This document shows positions 7,711 through 16,282 of a stretch of DNA of 32,646 nucleotides, piece by piece (the first letter of the stretch is position 1; every line of letters begins with the position of its first letter). Source of the DNA: Candidatus Colwellbacteria bacterium (GTDB lineage: Bacteria > Patescibacteriota > Minisyncoccia > UBA6257 > Colwellbacteraceae); contig DAIDBC010000039.1 in NCBI GenBank assembly GCA_027310265.1, positions 1 to 32,646 on the forward strand, in the 5' to 3' direction. The notes below the pieces were generated by a model. The model worked only from the letters and a program-made list of their open reading frames with translations. It searched no databases and was not told the DNA's origin. Position numbers and translations under genes: made by a program.

Positions 7711-8257
7711 CGTAGACCCCCGTCCCGGTATTAATTTTGATGATATCCCCTTCATTCACAAAGAGAGGCACGGCTATCTTCGCCCCACCCTCAATCGTAA
7801 CTGTTTTGGTGCCGCCCTGCACGGTGTTACCACGTACCGCGGGCTCGGCCTCGGTGACTTTATAATCTGCCTTGATCGGGAGTTCTACCGATATAATCTC
7901 CCCATCCATCGTAACGGCGCTAACGATCATATCGGGCCGCAGATAGACCGCCGACGGGCTTACTTGTGTTCCTTTGACCGCAAAGCGTTTAGAAGGATCC
8001 TTGGGGTCGTTGAACCAACATTCGCCGCGACTGGAATAGATGAATTTTATATACTTGCGTTCAAGGTCTGCTTCTTCAATCCGGTCATTTTGGTGAAAGG
8101 TTTGCTCCTTAACCGCGCCGGTTATCAAGTTGCGCAATTTAGTGCGGCTGACCGGCTTTCTCTGTTGCATGCGCAAGAACTCATATTCCAACACGGCCCA
8201 GGGTTGTCCCTCCAGGAGTATGATATGTCCCGGTCTTAATTCGTTATAGGAGAGCAT
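7688..8257 (-). CDS. efp: Elongation factor P
   Basis: KLRNLITG, EPAVRGNT, VPLFVNEGD.IKINT.TG.YVER. The tip loop is atypical (RMQQRKP). Confidence 0.93.
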   Translation of the reverse strand: MLSYNELRPGHIILLEGQPWAVLEYEFLRMQQRKPVSRTKLRNLITGAVKEQTFHQNDRIEEADLERKYIKFIYSSRGECWFNDPKDPSKRFAVKGTQVSPSAVYLRPDMIVSAVTMDGEIISVELPIKADYKVTEAEPAVRGNTVQGGTKTVTIEGGAKIAVPLFVNEGDIIKINTGTGVYVERVSKA

Positions 8258-8260
8258 ATT

Positions 8261-9739
8261 TCAGAATCTATCTTCTTCGGCGCCGGAATCCTCTTCCGGA
8301 CTCCCAGATTTATGCAACAGTCTGCGTAATTCTTCAAGATCCGCAGGTTTACGGACCTTGTGGTGTGTTTCATTGTTATCTGATTTCAAAATATCTAGCG
8401 GCTGCTCTACCCGACGTTCAGCCCGCTCGCTAACTTCTTCCCTACCGGCGCGCAGTTCTTCATCAATGCGCTTGTCCACTACTTCACGCGGAGAACCGTA
8501 GCGCTTGCGGCTCGATTCTACAATTACATCTTCAAAGGTCCGTTCCGGTAAATCGTGTGGGGGCAGGGTTTCAGCCGAGAACGGTTGCGAAGCTACTCCA
8601 TCAATAAGTAGTTTTATGTAAATGTGGTACTTAGACAGGTTCACCAGATCGCTCTCGCTGAAAGCCGGCGTAAATTCGCGCTCCAAGAACCGGGCATCGT
8701 CGGCCCCCACCCGGAAGACAACAATAGTACCAACATTTCCGAAAACAGCATCGCGAACCCGGGTAACGGATGAGGTAATGAGTTGGGCGATGTATTGGTG
8801 AGCCAAAACCAGACTTAGGCGATATTTGCGGGCTTCGGATAAAATGTTCGCGAAAGATTCGGTTGAAAAGTTCTGGAACTCATCGATATAAAGATAAAAA
8901 TCGCGCCGCTCAAGCTCCGGGGTGTCAACGCGGCTCATCGCCGCAAGCTGCATTTTAGTTACCAGCATCGCTCCTAGAAGCGCAGAATTATCTTCCCCCA
9001 CCTTGCCCTTGGAAAGATTGGCGATAAATATTTTTCCCTCATCCATGACCTTGCGTAGATCGATGGTTGAGTGCGGCTGGCCGATGATCCGCCGGATTAT
9101 TGGATTGGAAACGAATTGACCGATTTTATTCAAGATTGCCGCAGTGGCTTCAGTTTCATAACGTTGGTTATAACGGGCAAATTCATTTACCCAAAAACTC
9201 TTAACCACCGGATCGGTTAAATTATTTACAACCTCATTGCGATAGGCGCGGTCGGTCAAAAGGCGCATTACCCCCAGAAGCGTCGAGCCGGGGTATTCCA
9301 AAAGCGAAAGGAGAGAATTATTCAGGATGTACTCCATCCGCGGCGACCAGACGTCGGGCCAAATCTTTTTGAACACACCCATCAGACCCGAGGCCACTAA
9401 ATGGTGGTATTCGTCGCCCACACGCTCCAATGGGTTAAAACCAATCGGTTGTTCGATGTCCGCCGGATTGAAATAAACCACGTCTTCGATGCGTTCTTCG
9501 GGCACAAATTTAAGAATCCGTTCGGCAAACTCGCCGTGCGGGTCAATCACGCCGACGCCATGTCCGGACATAATGTCATCCACCACCATATTTTCCATCA
9601 TGGTGGTCTTGCCCGTTCCGGTTTTCCCGATCACATAAACGTGCTGGCGACGATCGCGATCTTTGATGCCGAAAGTAACCTTCCGGTTGTGGGAGGTGGT
9701 GCGCCCAATTATCGTTATACCATCGTCTTTAAACTCCAT
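8261..9739 (-). CDS. VirD4/TraG/TrwB-like (HerA/FtsK superfamily) P-loop ATPase
   Basis: HVYVIGKTGTGKT Walker A, IDPHGE, YIDEFQNF Walker B, ILSEARKY, LAHQY, GNVGT. Confidence 0.85.
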   Translation of the reverse strand: MEFKDDGITIIGRTTSHNRKVTFGIKDRDRRQHVYVIGKTGTGKTTMMENMVVDDIMSGHGVGVIDPHGEFAERILKFVPEERIEDVVYFNPADIEQPIGFNPLERVGDEYHHLVASGLMGVFKKIWPDVWSPRMEYILNNSLLSLLEYPGSTLLGVMRLLTDRAYRNEVVNNLTDPVVKSFWVNEFARYNQRYETEATAAILNKIGQFVSNPIIRRIIGQPHSTIDLRKVMDEGKIFIANLSKGKVGEDNSALLGAMLVTKMQLAAMSRVDTPELERRDFYLYIDEFQNFSTESFANILSEARKYRLSLVLAHQYIAQLITSSVTRVRDAVFGNVGTIVVFRVGADDARFLEREFTPAFSESDLVNLSKYHIYIKLLIDGVASQPFSAETLPPHDLPERTFEDVIVESSRKRYGSPREVVDKRIDEELRAGREEVSERAERRVEQPLDILKSDNNETHHKVRKPADLEELRRLLHKSGSPEEDSGAEEDRF

Positions 9740-9757
9740 ATTATTAACTATCCACTC

Positions 9758-10999
9758 TTAGTTGCTTATCACCGGCAAGTCCGGCGGTGGACCGCCTTTT
9801 CTCATACTCAAACGCGCCAGTTTTTCTGCGCCGACAGTCGAATGCGGCGGGTGGTATAGGGTCGCAAGTTCTTCGACGTTAAGTACAAACGGCTTCGATG
9901 GCATAACCCGCCCGCGATAATCCTGAAAAAGTTTTTTCTTGTTGGCCAGCTCCGTCGCATCTTTGCGAAACCTGGATTCAAGGAAAGTGAGTTTCGGGTC
10001 GTCCAGTTTAAAACTGTTCAGATGCGGAGCGCCGAACTGACGCAGCGCGCCAACAACCGTGGAGACATTGGACTTGCTAAAGGCGTCGCGCCGGTCGATA
10101 TAGAGCACGCGGATGCCGCATTCGAACGCGAACTTAGCCACCTTCCCCTCAATTGCTTTAATAATTTCGTTCTCGCCGTAGGAAAACTGCTTACCCTGCG
10201 GCTTTTCCTCTTTCTTTTCCTCCGCCCCGGACCAAACCGGCGGCTGGATCGGTGCAAGCGCCAGATTCTTCAAAAAGGGCGCAAGCTCTTTACCCAACCA
10301 TTTGAAGAACGAAAGCTTTTCCTGTTTCGGCTTGCGACCGAGTAGTTCATCTAAAACTTCCTGTACTTCTTTCTTCCAGGCATCGAATTTATCGTTACCA
10401 AGCGGGCGCAAAGTTATTTGCAGCCAGACCATTTCGTCATCTTTCAAGTTGGACATAACTTCGGCGATCGTTGCAATCGGGTCAAGATACTGTTCCTCCT
10501 CGATCCGCAAACCATCAAAAGAGGGGTAGGTACGGATGGGGTATGCGCTTTCTCTAGCCAGCATAAGTTCCGCGCCGGCCAGATCGTAAGTCTGGTCGGG
10601 CAGATCGACGCCGAAACGGTCAACGTAATCATCGGCGACGGCAACCTCGGCGTTCGGATACTGCGAGAATACCGATGCCTCAATCAAATTGCGGTATTCC
10701 TCTGGGACGCGGACAAAAAAGTGGGTGCTATGCGAGAAGCCGGCAATTTCTATCGCAAGCCAATCATCGGCACCAAGCGCATGCAGACTGGCAAAAACCT
10801 GCTCCATAGCTTTCGGCGTCTTCAAATTCTCCTTGGGTATTTTAAGTTCTAGAGTGACCCACTTTAAGTTAGCGACGTGCAGAGCAAGTTTATCTTTTTT
10901 AGCCTTGTTGCTTACAATCCTGAAGATGGCAAAGGCAATCAGTATCACCCACGCCAATCCGAGAACCAGCCACGCTATTTGAAGCAGCGTCTGCGGCAT
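9758..10999 (-). CDS. Uncharacterised N-terminally membrane-anchored protein, probable partner of the adjacent ATPase
   Basis: Single N-terminal TM, AMEQVFASLH, SQYPNAEV, YPIRTY and LNVEELATLYHPP. These patterns are recalled from CPR proteins next to or fused with VirD4-like ATPases. Confidence 0.7.
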   Translation of the reverse strand: MPQTLLQIAWLVLGLAWVILIAFAIFRIVSNKAKKDKLALHVANLKWVTLELKIPKENLKTPKAMEQVFASLHALGADDWLAIEIAGFSHSTHFFVRVPEEYRNLIEASVFSQYPNAEVAVADDYVDRFGVDLPDQTYDLAGAELMLARESAYPIRTYPSFDGLRIEEEQYLDPIATIAEVMSNLKDDEMVWLQITLRPLGNDKFDAWKKEVQEVLDELLGRKPKQEKLSFFKWLGKELAPFLKNLALAPIQPPVWSGAEEKKEEKPQGKQFSYGENEIIKAIEGKVAKFAFECGIRVLYIDRRDAFSKSNVSTVVGALRQFGAPHLNSFKLDDPKLTFLESRFRKDATELANKKKLFQDYRGRVMPSKPFVLNVEELATLYHPPHSTVGAEKLARLSMRKGGPPPDLPVISN

Positions 11000-11004
11000 T
11001 TATT

Positions 11005-11850
11005 TTACTTTTTGGGACGATCTTCTTTAACGGCGTAAGTTCCCCGGCCAATCCAGACGAATCTGGGATCCTTAATAAGTTCATTGTGCACCGTCTGGTG
11101 GTGCACCGGCTTGCCGCCCAAGGCATTTACCAACTCAGCCACCTCGCGGAAGTGCAACGGTTTGTCCGATTTCACCAGCACTAAATAACTTTTGTCCCTG
11201 ACCGTCTTTGGGTTCACATGCGGCCAGTGATCGGCGCCTAAGTCGCCCAACGGTCCCACCACAAAGCGCTTCGAGATCGAAAGATAGTTCAAAAGCAGCG
11301 GCTCCGGCATATTGTACTTCTCAGACAAGGCCTCAAGGAAAAAATCAAAATCTTGGTTGTGACTCGATATGAGTGCGGCGGCGATCTTCTTAGCGGTACG
11401 ATAAGTTTCGCTATCCCCACTCCAGACATCGTGCCAGTCCTCATCGCCCCTAACCAGCTCCGGAGAATCAATTAGGTCGGCAAGAAATCTAAGAGTGTTA
11501 GTGAACTCTTTCAACGACTCCGGCCGTTCCCAAAGATGATATAAATCGTGAACCAAAAAATCGCTGCGTCGCAGATTGCCGACTTGTTTCAAATACTCTC
11601 CCAATAATTCGGCAAAATATTCCAGTCCCCGATCACGTTTTAATTCTTCCTTAGCGGCCTTTACCGCATAAGCCTCAATTTGGCGCACTCGTTCACGGGT
11701 TAGTCCGAAGGAACGTCCGAGATCCGCAAGTGTTTTAGGTTCGCCGCCACCCAGACCGTAGCGGCCCTTAATTATTTTGGCTGAACGCTGATCCAATTTC
11801 TTCAAAGCCCTGTGAACCAACTCATCAACCTTGACTGACTTTCTAGGCAT
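11005..11850 (-). CDS. Sigma-70 region 4 HTH fused to a C-terminal winged HTH (HARE-HTH/RNAP delta-like)
   Basis: N-terminal RYGL...TLADLG..FGLTRERVRQIE; C-terminal KPLHFREVAE...TVHNELIKDPRFVWIGRGTY. No sigma region 2. Start is the ATG at 11850. Confidence 0.8.
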   Translation of the reverse strand: MPRKSVKVDELVHRALKKLDQRSAKIIKGRYGLGGGEPKTLADLGRSFGLTRERVRQIEAYAVKAAKEELKRDRGLEYFAELLGEYLKQVGNLRRSDFLVHDLYHLWERPESLKEFTNTLRFLADLIDSPELVRGDEDWHDVWSGDSETYRTAKKIAAALISSHNQDFDFFLEALSEKYNMPEPLLLNYLSISKRFVVGPLGDLGADHWPHVNPKTVRDKSYLVLVKSDKPLHFREVAELVNALGGKPVHHQTVHNELIKDPRFVWIGRGTYAVKEDRPKK

Positions 11851-11856
11851 GGCTAA

Positions 11857-11885
11857 AAAGTACAATTTTACAGCGATTATGTCAA
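11857..11885 (-). promoter_or_regulatory. Sigma70 promoter, leaderless type
   Basis: TTGACA-17-TACTTT, then 6 nt to the ATG at 11850. Confidence 0.7.
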
Positions 11886-11915
11886 CGATTTGGGCGATTC
11901 GCCGCAGCGCAGACT

Positions 11916-12821
11916 CTAGGTGCGTTTACGCTCGGAGAATTTCTGCCATACCGTTAAGAGTGGACTGGCAATAAATATGGAGGAGTAGGCACCTACGATC
12001 GTACCGACGAGGATGGTAAGCACAAAGAACTTCAAGCCCAGCGGCCCAAGGAAGTAAAGCGCCAAGAGCACCAAAACCAGGGTGAATGAGGTGCTGATTG
12101 AACGGCGTATCGTCTCGTTGATACTGCGATTTACGATCTCGCTTAAAGTCTCCTTACCGCGGTAGATTATCAAATTCTCCCGGATCCGGTCGAAAACAAC
12201 TATGGTATCGTGGACCGAGAAACCCATTACCACCAAGAGCGCCACCATAAAATTAGTGTCGGCAGCAATCCCCAAGTATTTACCCAAAACGGCGTAGAGA
12301 CCAGCGGGGATTATGACGTCGTGAGCAAGGGTGAGAAGTGTAATTATGCCATATTTCCAGGAACTGACCGGCCGCGAGACTTTACGGAAAGCGAAAGCGA
12401 CGTAAAGCGAGATACCTACCAGGACAAAGACTATTGCCATCACTGCATTTTGTCTTAACTCCTGTGAAACTGACGGGCTTACATTCCAGAAATCGACGTC
12501 TTGCACCCCGTCGCCGAAACGCTGTTTTAGTTCGCCCAAATATTGCTGACGCGACTGATCCGAAATTTCTTTGGAGGTCACGGCATAAATCTGACTTTGT
12601 GAATCGTAAGAAACATTGGAGGTCTCGACGCGTAATGTCGAGGTGAAATAATTGTTTACTGTATTGGCGTCAGTATTTGGTATCTTCAGCTGCCACAATG
12701 AACCGCTGGTAAAATCGATTCCCAGCCGGAAGCCGAAAAGCGCGGTTGCAACAATGCCTGCAACGACCAGAACGCCCGAAACCCAGAAGAATAAATTGCG
12801 GTATTTGATGAAATTAATCAT
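11916..12821 (-). CDS. secF: Protein translocase subunit SecF
   Basis: LGIDFTSGS, LAHDV, GFSVHDTIVVFDRIRE, YSSIFIASP. Confidence 0.96.
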   Translation of the reverse strand: MINFIKYRNLFFWVSGVLVVAGIVATALFGFRLGIDFTSGSLWQLKIPNTDANTVNNYFTSTLRVETSNVSYDSQSQIYAVTSKEISDQSRQQYLGELKQRFGDGVQDVDFWNVSPSVSQELRQNAVMAIVFVLVGISLYVAFAFRKVSRPVSSWKYGIITLLTLAHDVIIPAGLYAVLGKYLGIAADTNFMVALLVVMGFSVHDTIVVFDRIRENLIIYRGKETLSEIVNRSINETIRRSISTSFTLVLVLLALYFLGPLGLKFFVLTILVGTIVGAYSSIFIASPLLTVWQKFSERKRT

Positions 12822-12822
12822 T

Positions 12823-14082
12823 TTATTTCTTGAGAAAAACCTCCAACATTGTGCGGGTGACGAAAATAGCCGAAAACATGCTAACTAATACACCCAAACC
12901 CAGGGTGAGTGCGAAACCTCTCACAAAATCCGAGGTCAGGAAATAAAGTATCGCCGAGGTGATGATTGTGCTCGTGTTCGAATCGCGGATCGAGGGCCAG
13001 GCTCGCCGAAAACCCTCTTCGATTGCGGCATGCCAGCCCAGACCCTTGCGCACTTCTTCTTTAGAACGCTCGAAAATCAAGATGTTGGCGTCGACTGCCA
13101 TTCCGATCGAGAGGATAAAACCGGCAATACCGGAAAGGGTAAGGGTAAATCCTCCGGGCACGGCCATCTTGAATATTCCCAGTGAAAGGATGGTGTAGAT
13201 GATGAGTGCAAGCGACGCAAAAATACCCAGCGTGCCGTAAGAAATCAACATAAAAAGTATCACTAACGCGGTTCCTATCGCTCCGGCGACGAGAATCTTA
13301 TGCAGGGCATCTGTCGCTGCCGAAGCAGAAACGGTCCGCTGATTGATGAGTTTAATCGGTGCGGCAAGCGCCCCGGCGTTGAAACGATCGACTAGTTGCT
13401 TGGCTACATTCGCAGTAATGCCGCTTCCGGAGATCTGCGCTTTGCCGTTCGGAATCACCTCGTTCACCCGCGGGCAGGAGCCATTTGGATCGTCCGGGAA
13501 AATAAAATTATTGTCCACGAAGATACAGATTGGTTTACCGACATTCCGGCTGGTCAGATCTTCAAAGATTTTTGCGCCCTCATCATTCAAAGTGAAAGTG
13601 AAAAGCGGTTTGCCTAGCTGGTCAAAACCAAGGGCGGCATTGGTAACATAGCGGCCGGTAAGCGGAGTGGGAATAAAACTCGCGTTTTGGCCGCTTTGCT
13701 GCACCTCACGGAAATCAAGAATCGGCAGCGCGCCGATCTGACGCACCGCATCGCCCAAATCTTTCACGCCCGCCAGCTCAACAACCAATTGATAACTGTC
13801 GCCCTTTTGGGCGATGTTTACCCGCGGCTCGGAAACGCCGTAAAGATTTACCCTTTTCCCGATTACGTCTTTCAGGCCGGCGACGACCCCTGTGTAATCT
13901 TTAGAATTCACGCCGGACAAATCAACTTGATAGACCAGAGCGCTCCCGCCAACGATGTCCAGACCCATCCTCCATGGGCTGTACTTCGCACCCAGTTTCA
14001 CCGGATAGACAAAAGCGGCCGTAACCGCGGTTACAACCAAAATCAGTATGAAAATCGATAAATTAACTTTCCAACTTTTCAT
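12823..14082 (-). CDS. secD: Protein translocase subunit SecD
   Basis: MGLDIVGG, YGVSEP, SIGMAVDANILIFER, I.DSN, VRGFA. Start is MKSW at 14082; the longer ORF overlaps the tRNA. Confidence 0.96.
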   Translation of the reverse strand: MKSWKVNLSIFILILVVTAVTAAFVYPVKLGAKYSPWRMGLDIVGGSALVYQVDLSGVNSKDYTGVVAGLKDVIGKRVNLYGVSEPRVNIAQKGDSYQLVVELAGVKDLGDAVRQIGALPILDFREVQQSGQNASFIPTPLTGRYVTNAALGFDQLGKPLFTFTLNDEGAKIFEDLTSRNVGKPICIFVDNNFIFPDDPNGSCPRVNEVIPNGKAQISGSGITANVAKQLVDRFNAGALAAPIKLINQRTVSASAATDALHKILVAGAIGTALVILFMLISYGTLGIFASLALIIYTILSLGIFKMAVPGGFTLTLSGIAGFILSIGMAVDANILIFERSKEEVRKGLGWHAAIEEGFRRAWPSIRDSNTSTIITSAILYFLTSDFVRGFALTLGLGVLVSMFSAIFVTRTMLEVFLKK

Positions 14083-14112
14083 CAATCGACTGTAAACACT
14101 CAATGCCCAGTG

Positions 14113-14185
14113 TGCCCCCACCAGGATTCGAACCTGGGACCATCTCCTTAAAAGGGAGCTGCTCTACCAGCTGAGCTATAGGGGC
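14113..14185 (-). tRNA. tRNA-Lys(UUU)
   Basis: GCCCCTA/TGGGGGC acceptor, anticodon loop CTTTTAA, T arm CCAGG-TTCGAAT-CCTGG. Confidence 0.95.
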
Positions 14186-14231
14186 ATTAATCCTCCGGCC
14201 AGTGAACCAGGTGCTCTTTTCGCGGCGAATC

Positions 14232-15302
14232 TTACTCTTCTCCAAGCAGTTTTTCAAGTTCTTCAGCCAATTTCTTCGCCTTTGAATTGAGGCGGGGCGT
14301 TTTTATTTTCAACCGCACGACCAAATTCGAGCGTTTGGTCATCCCCTCGCCTCGTATCCTCAACTCCTCTGACGGATCAAAACCGGCCGGGATAACGAGC
14401 TCGGCCTTACCACCGCCCAAAACAGTAACAGTTCGTTTCTTGCCCAAAATAATGTCGGTTACCGGAACTTCAATTTCCATATGAAGATCGTCGCCGCGCC
14501 GCTCAAAGCGCGGATGAGGCTTTACGTGTACCCGCACGTAAAGGTCGCCGGTCTCGGCCCTACGCTCTCCGGCCTCGCCCATGCCCTTAACTTTTATGAT
14601 TTGACCATCGGCCACGCCGGAACGGACCTCGACCGCGATTGAACGGCTGCCGTTCTTGCGCCCTTCACCCTTGCAGTCGCGGCACAATTCTACCGGTACC
14701 TCTCCTGATCCGCGGCATTCGTTGCAAGCAACTACTTGCACGAAGTTACCAAAGAAAGTGTTGCGCGACTCGCGGACTTCCCCGCGTCCGCCACAATGCT
14801 CGCACTTCTTCAAACCGGCATCGGCTTTGTAACCCAAACCCTTACAGGTATCGCAGACGATGCGAGTCGTGTATTCCAAGTTGATTGTTTTGCCAAATTT
14901 AGCTTCCTCAAGGGTGACTTCTACTCCCAATTCCAGATCCGTTCCCCGTTCGTAAGTCTTGCGCCGCGGGCGCATGCCCATGCCCTCGAAAAAAGTCTCA
15001 AAAATATCGCCCAGATCACCGAGATTTCCCATATCGCCGAAATTCATGTCCCAACCCCAGTTCTGGCCACCGGCCGCGCCGCCGAAAGGTGCGCCTTCGA
15101 AAGTGCGTCCGAAACGGTCGTATTCCGCACGCTTCCGCGCGTCCGACAAAACTTGATAGGCTTCGTTCACCTCTTTGAATTTGGCTTCATCCCCGCCGGC
15201 TTTATCCGGGTGGTACCTATGCGCCAAATTACGATAGGCCTTTTTTATTTCTTCGGGGCTGGCGCTACGTGCGACTCCCAAAATTTGGTAATAGTCTTTC
15301 AT
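14232..15302 (-). CDS. dnaJ: Chaperone DnaJ
   Basis: J domain with HPD, G/F region and four CxxCxGxG repeats. Confidence 0.96.
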   Translation of the reverse strand: MKDYYQILGVARSASPEEIKKAYRNLAHRYHPDKAGGDEAKFKEVNEAYQVLSDARKRAEYDRFGRTFEGAPFGGAAGGQNWGWDMNFGDMGNLGDLGDIFETFFEGMGMRPRRKTYERGTDLELGVEVTLEEAKFGKTINLEYTTRIVCDTCKGLGYKADAGLKKCEHCGGRGEVRESRNTFFGNFVQVVACNECRGSGEVPVELCRDCKGEGRKNGSRSIAVEVRSGVADGQIIKVKGMGEAGERRAETGDLYVRVHVKPHPRFERRGDDLHMEIEVPVTDIILGKKRTVTVLGGGKAELVIPAGFDPSEELRIRGEGMTKRSNLVVRLKIKTPRLNSKAKKLAEELEKLLGEE

Positions 15303-15314
15303 GTCCCTTGCCTA

Positions 15315-16268
15315 TCACGATAGCAGCACTATCTCGCGGGATCGCGATTCAAGCTGCACAACCGCGAAACCAACCGCGATCAAAATTTCGAACAAAACAA
15401 ACGCTACAACAAGAAGCGGGTAAGATATGATCGCCGCAGCAAAACGGATTGTAGCCCAGAGCAGCAAAAATACAACCGCGTAGATCAAAAGTTCCGTCGG
15501 CAAGCCCATCGTCCCCACTTTTTTGGCGAATAGGTCAGTTACGTTCGCCGAAATGGTCGCATCCAGATTAATCTCCACGCCCAACGAAGCCTTAAGCTGC
15601 GCTGATGCGGCGTTAACGGCGTCATTCAAAACTTTGTTGGCGGTAGCAGGCGGGAGTTTATCGATGGCCGGCTGAGTGCGGCGTGCAATCTGAGTCAGGA
15701 CACCGCGGACACTCATATCGGGGGTGTAATCCGGCGAGTAATATTTCATAACTGGAGTAATAACCGGATCAAGCAGCGTTTTCACAACGCTGTTGTAAGA
15801 GAATGCACCATTGCTTACGGCGCCAAGTATGGCCATTCCGAGCAATAATCCGGTCGCCCCGCCCGCGAGCGCCTTTCTCGCCACCCGTGAAAAAGGGACG
15901 CGCAGCGTATTTTCCAGCTCCCTCCGGCCAGCGAGAGCTCCGCCCGCTAGGCAAACCAAAATCGCCACTGCGGAGATCGCCAGATAGTTAAACGAAATAT
16001 GGTAGTAAGGGACAAGTAAAACTACTGTTTCCAAAAGGATAGTTAAAGCAAGATAGCCGAATTCTTTCAAGAAGAACACTTGTAACGCGAATAAACTTAA
16101 GAATAAAACAGCAAGGATTCCTCCCCAAAGTAGATTGCCGTTTATAAAAAAGAAGCTGGCGCCGAAAGCCGCGAGAACCGGAACTACCACCGTCGCCCAA
16201 ACTTTCCAGACCGAACGATTAACGTCAGCCACCTCAGGACCCTTCGTGATGAGCGAATCTTCGGGCAT
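15315..16268 (-). CDS. Hypothetical multi-pass membrane protein
   Basis: 317 aa; about five N-terminal TM helices, a soluble loop and two C-terminal TM helices. Tightly spaced between dnaK and dnaJ. Confidence 0.75.
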   Translation of the reverse strand: MPEDSLITKGPEVADVNRSVWKVWATVVVPVLAAFGASFFFINGNLLWGGILAVLFLSLFALQVFFLKEFGYLALTILLETVVLLVPYYHISFNYLAISAVAILVCLAGGALAGRRELENTLRVPFSRVARKALAGGATGLLLGMAILGAVSNGAFSYNSVVKTLLDPVITPVMKYYSPDYTPDMSVRGVLTQIARRTQPAIDKLPPATANKVLNDAVNAASAQLKASLGVEINLDATISANVTDLFAKKVGTMGLPTELLIYAVVFLLLWATIRFAAAIISYPLLVVAFVLFEILIAVGFAVVQLESRSREIVLLS

Positions 16269-16282
16269 ATTGTGACTCTATT

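Noticed and set aside
8261..10999. Conjugative element / ICE
   Set aside because: No integrase, relaxase, VirB4/VirB6 or flanking repeats; tightly coupled to efp.
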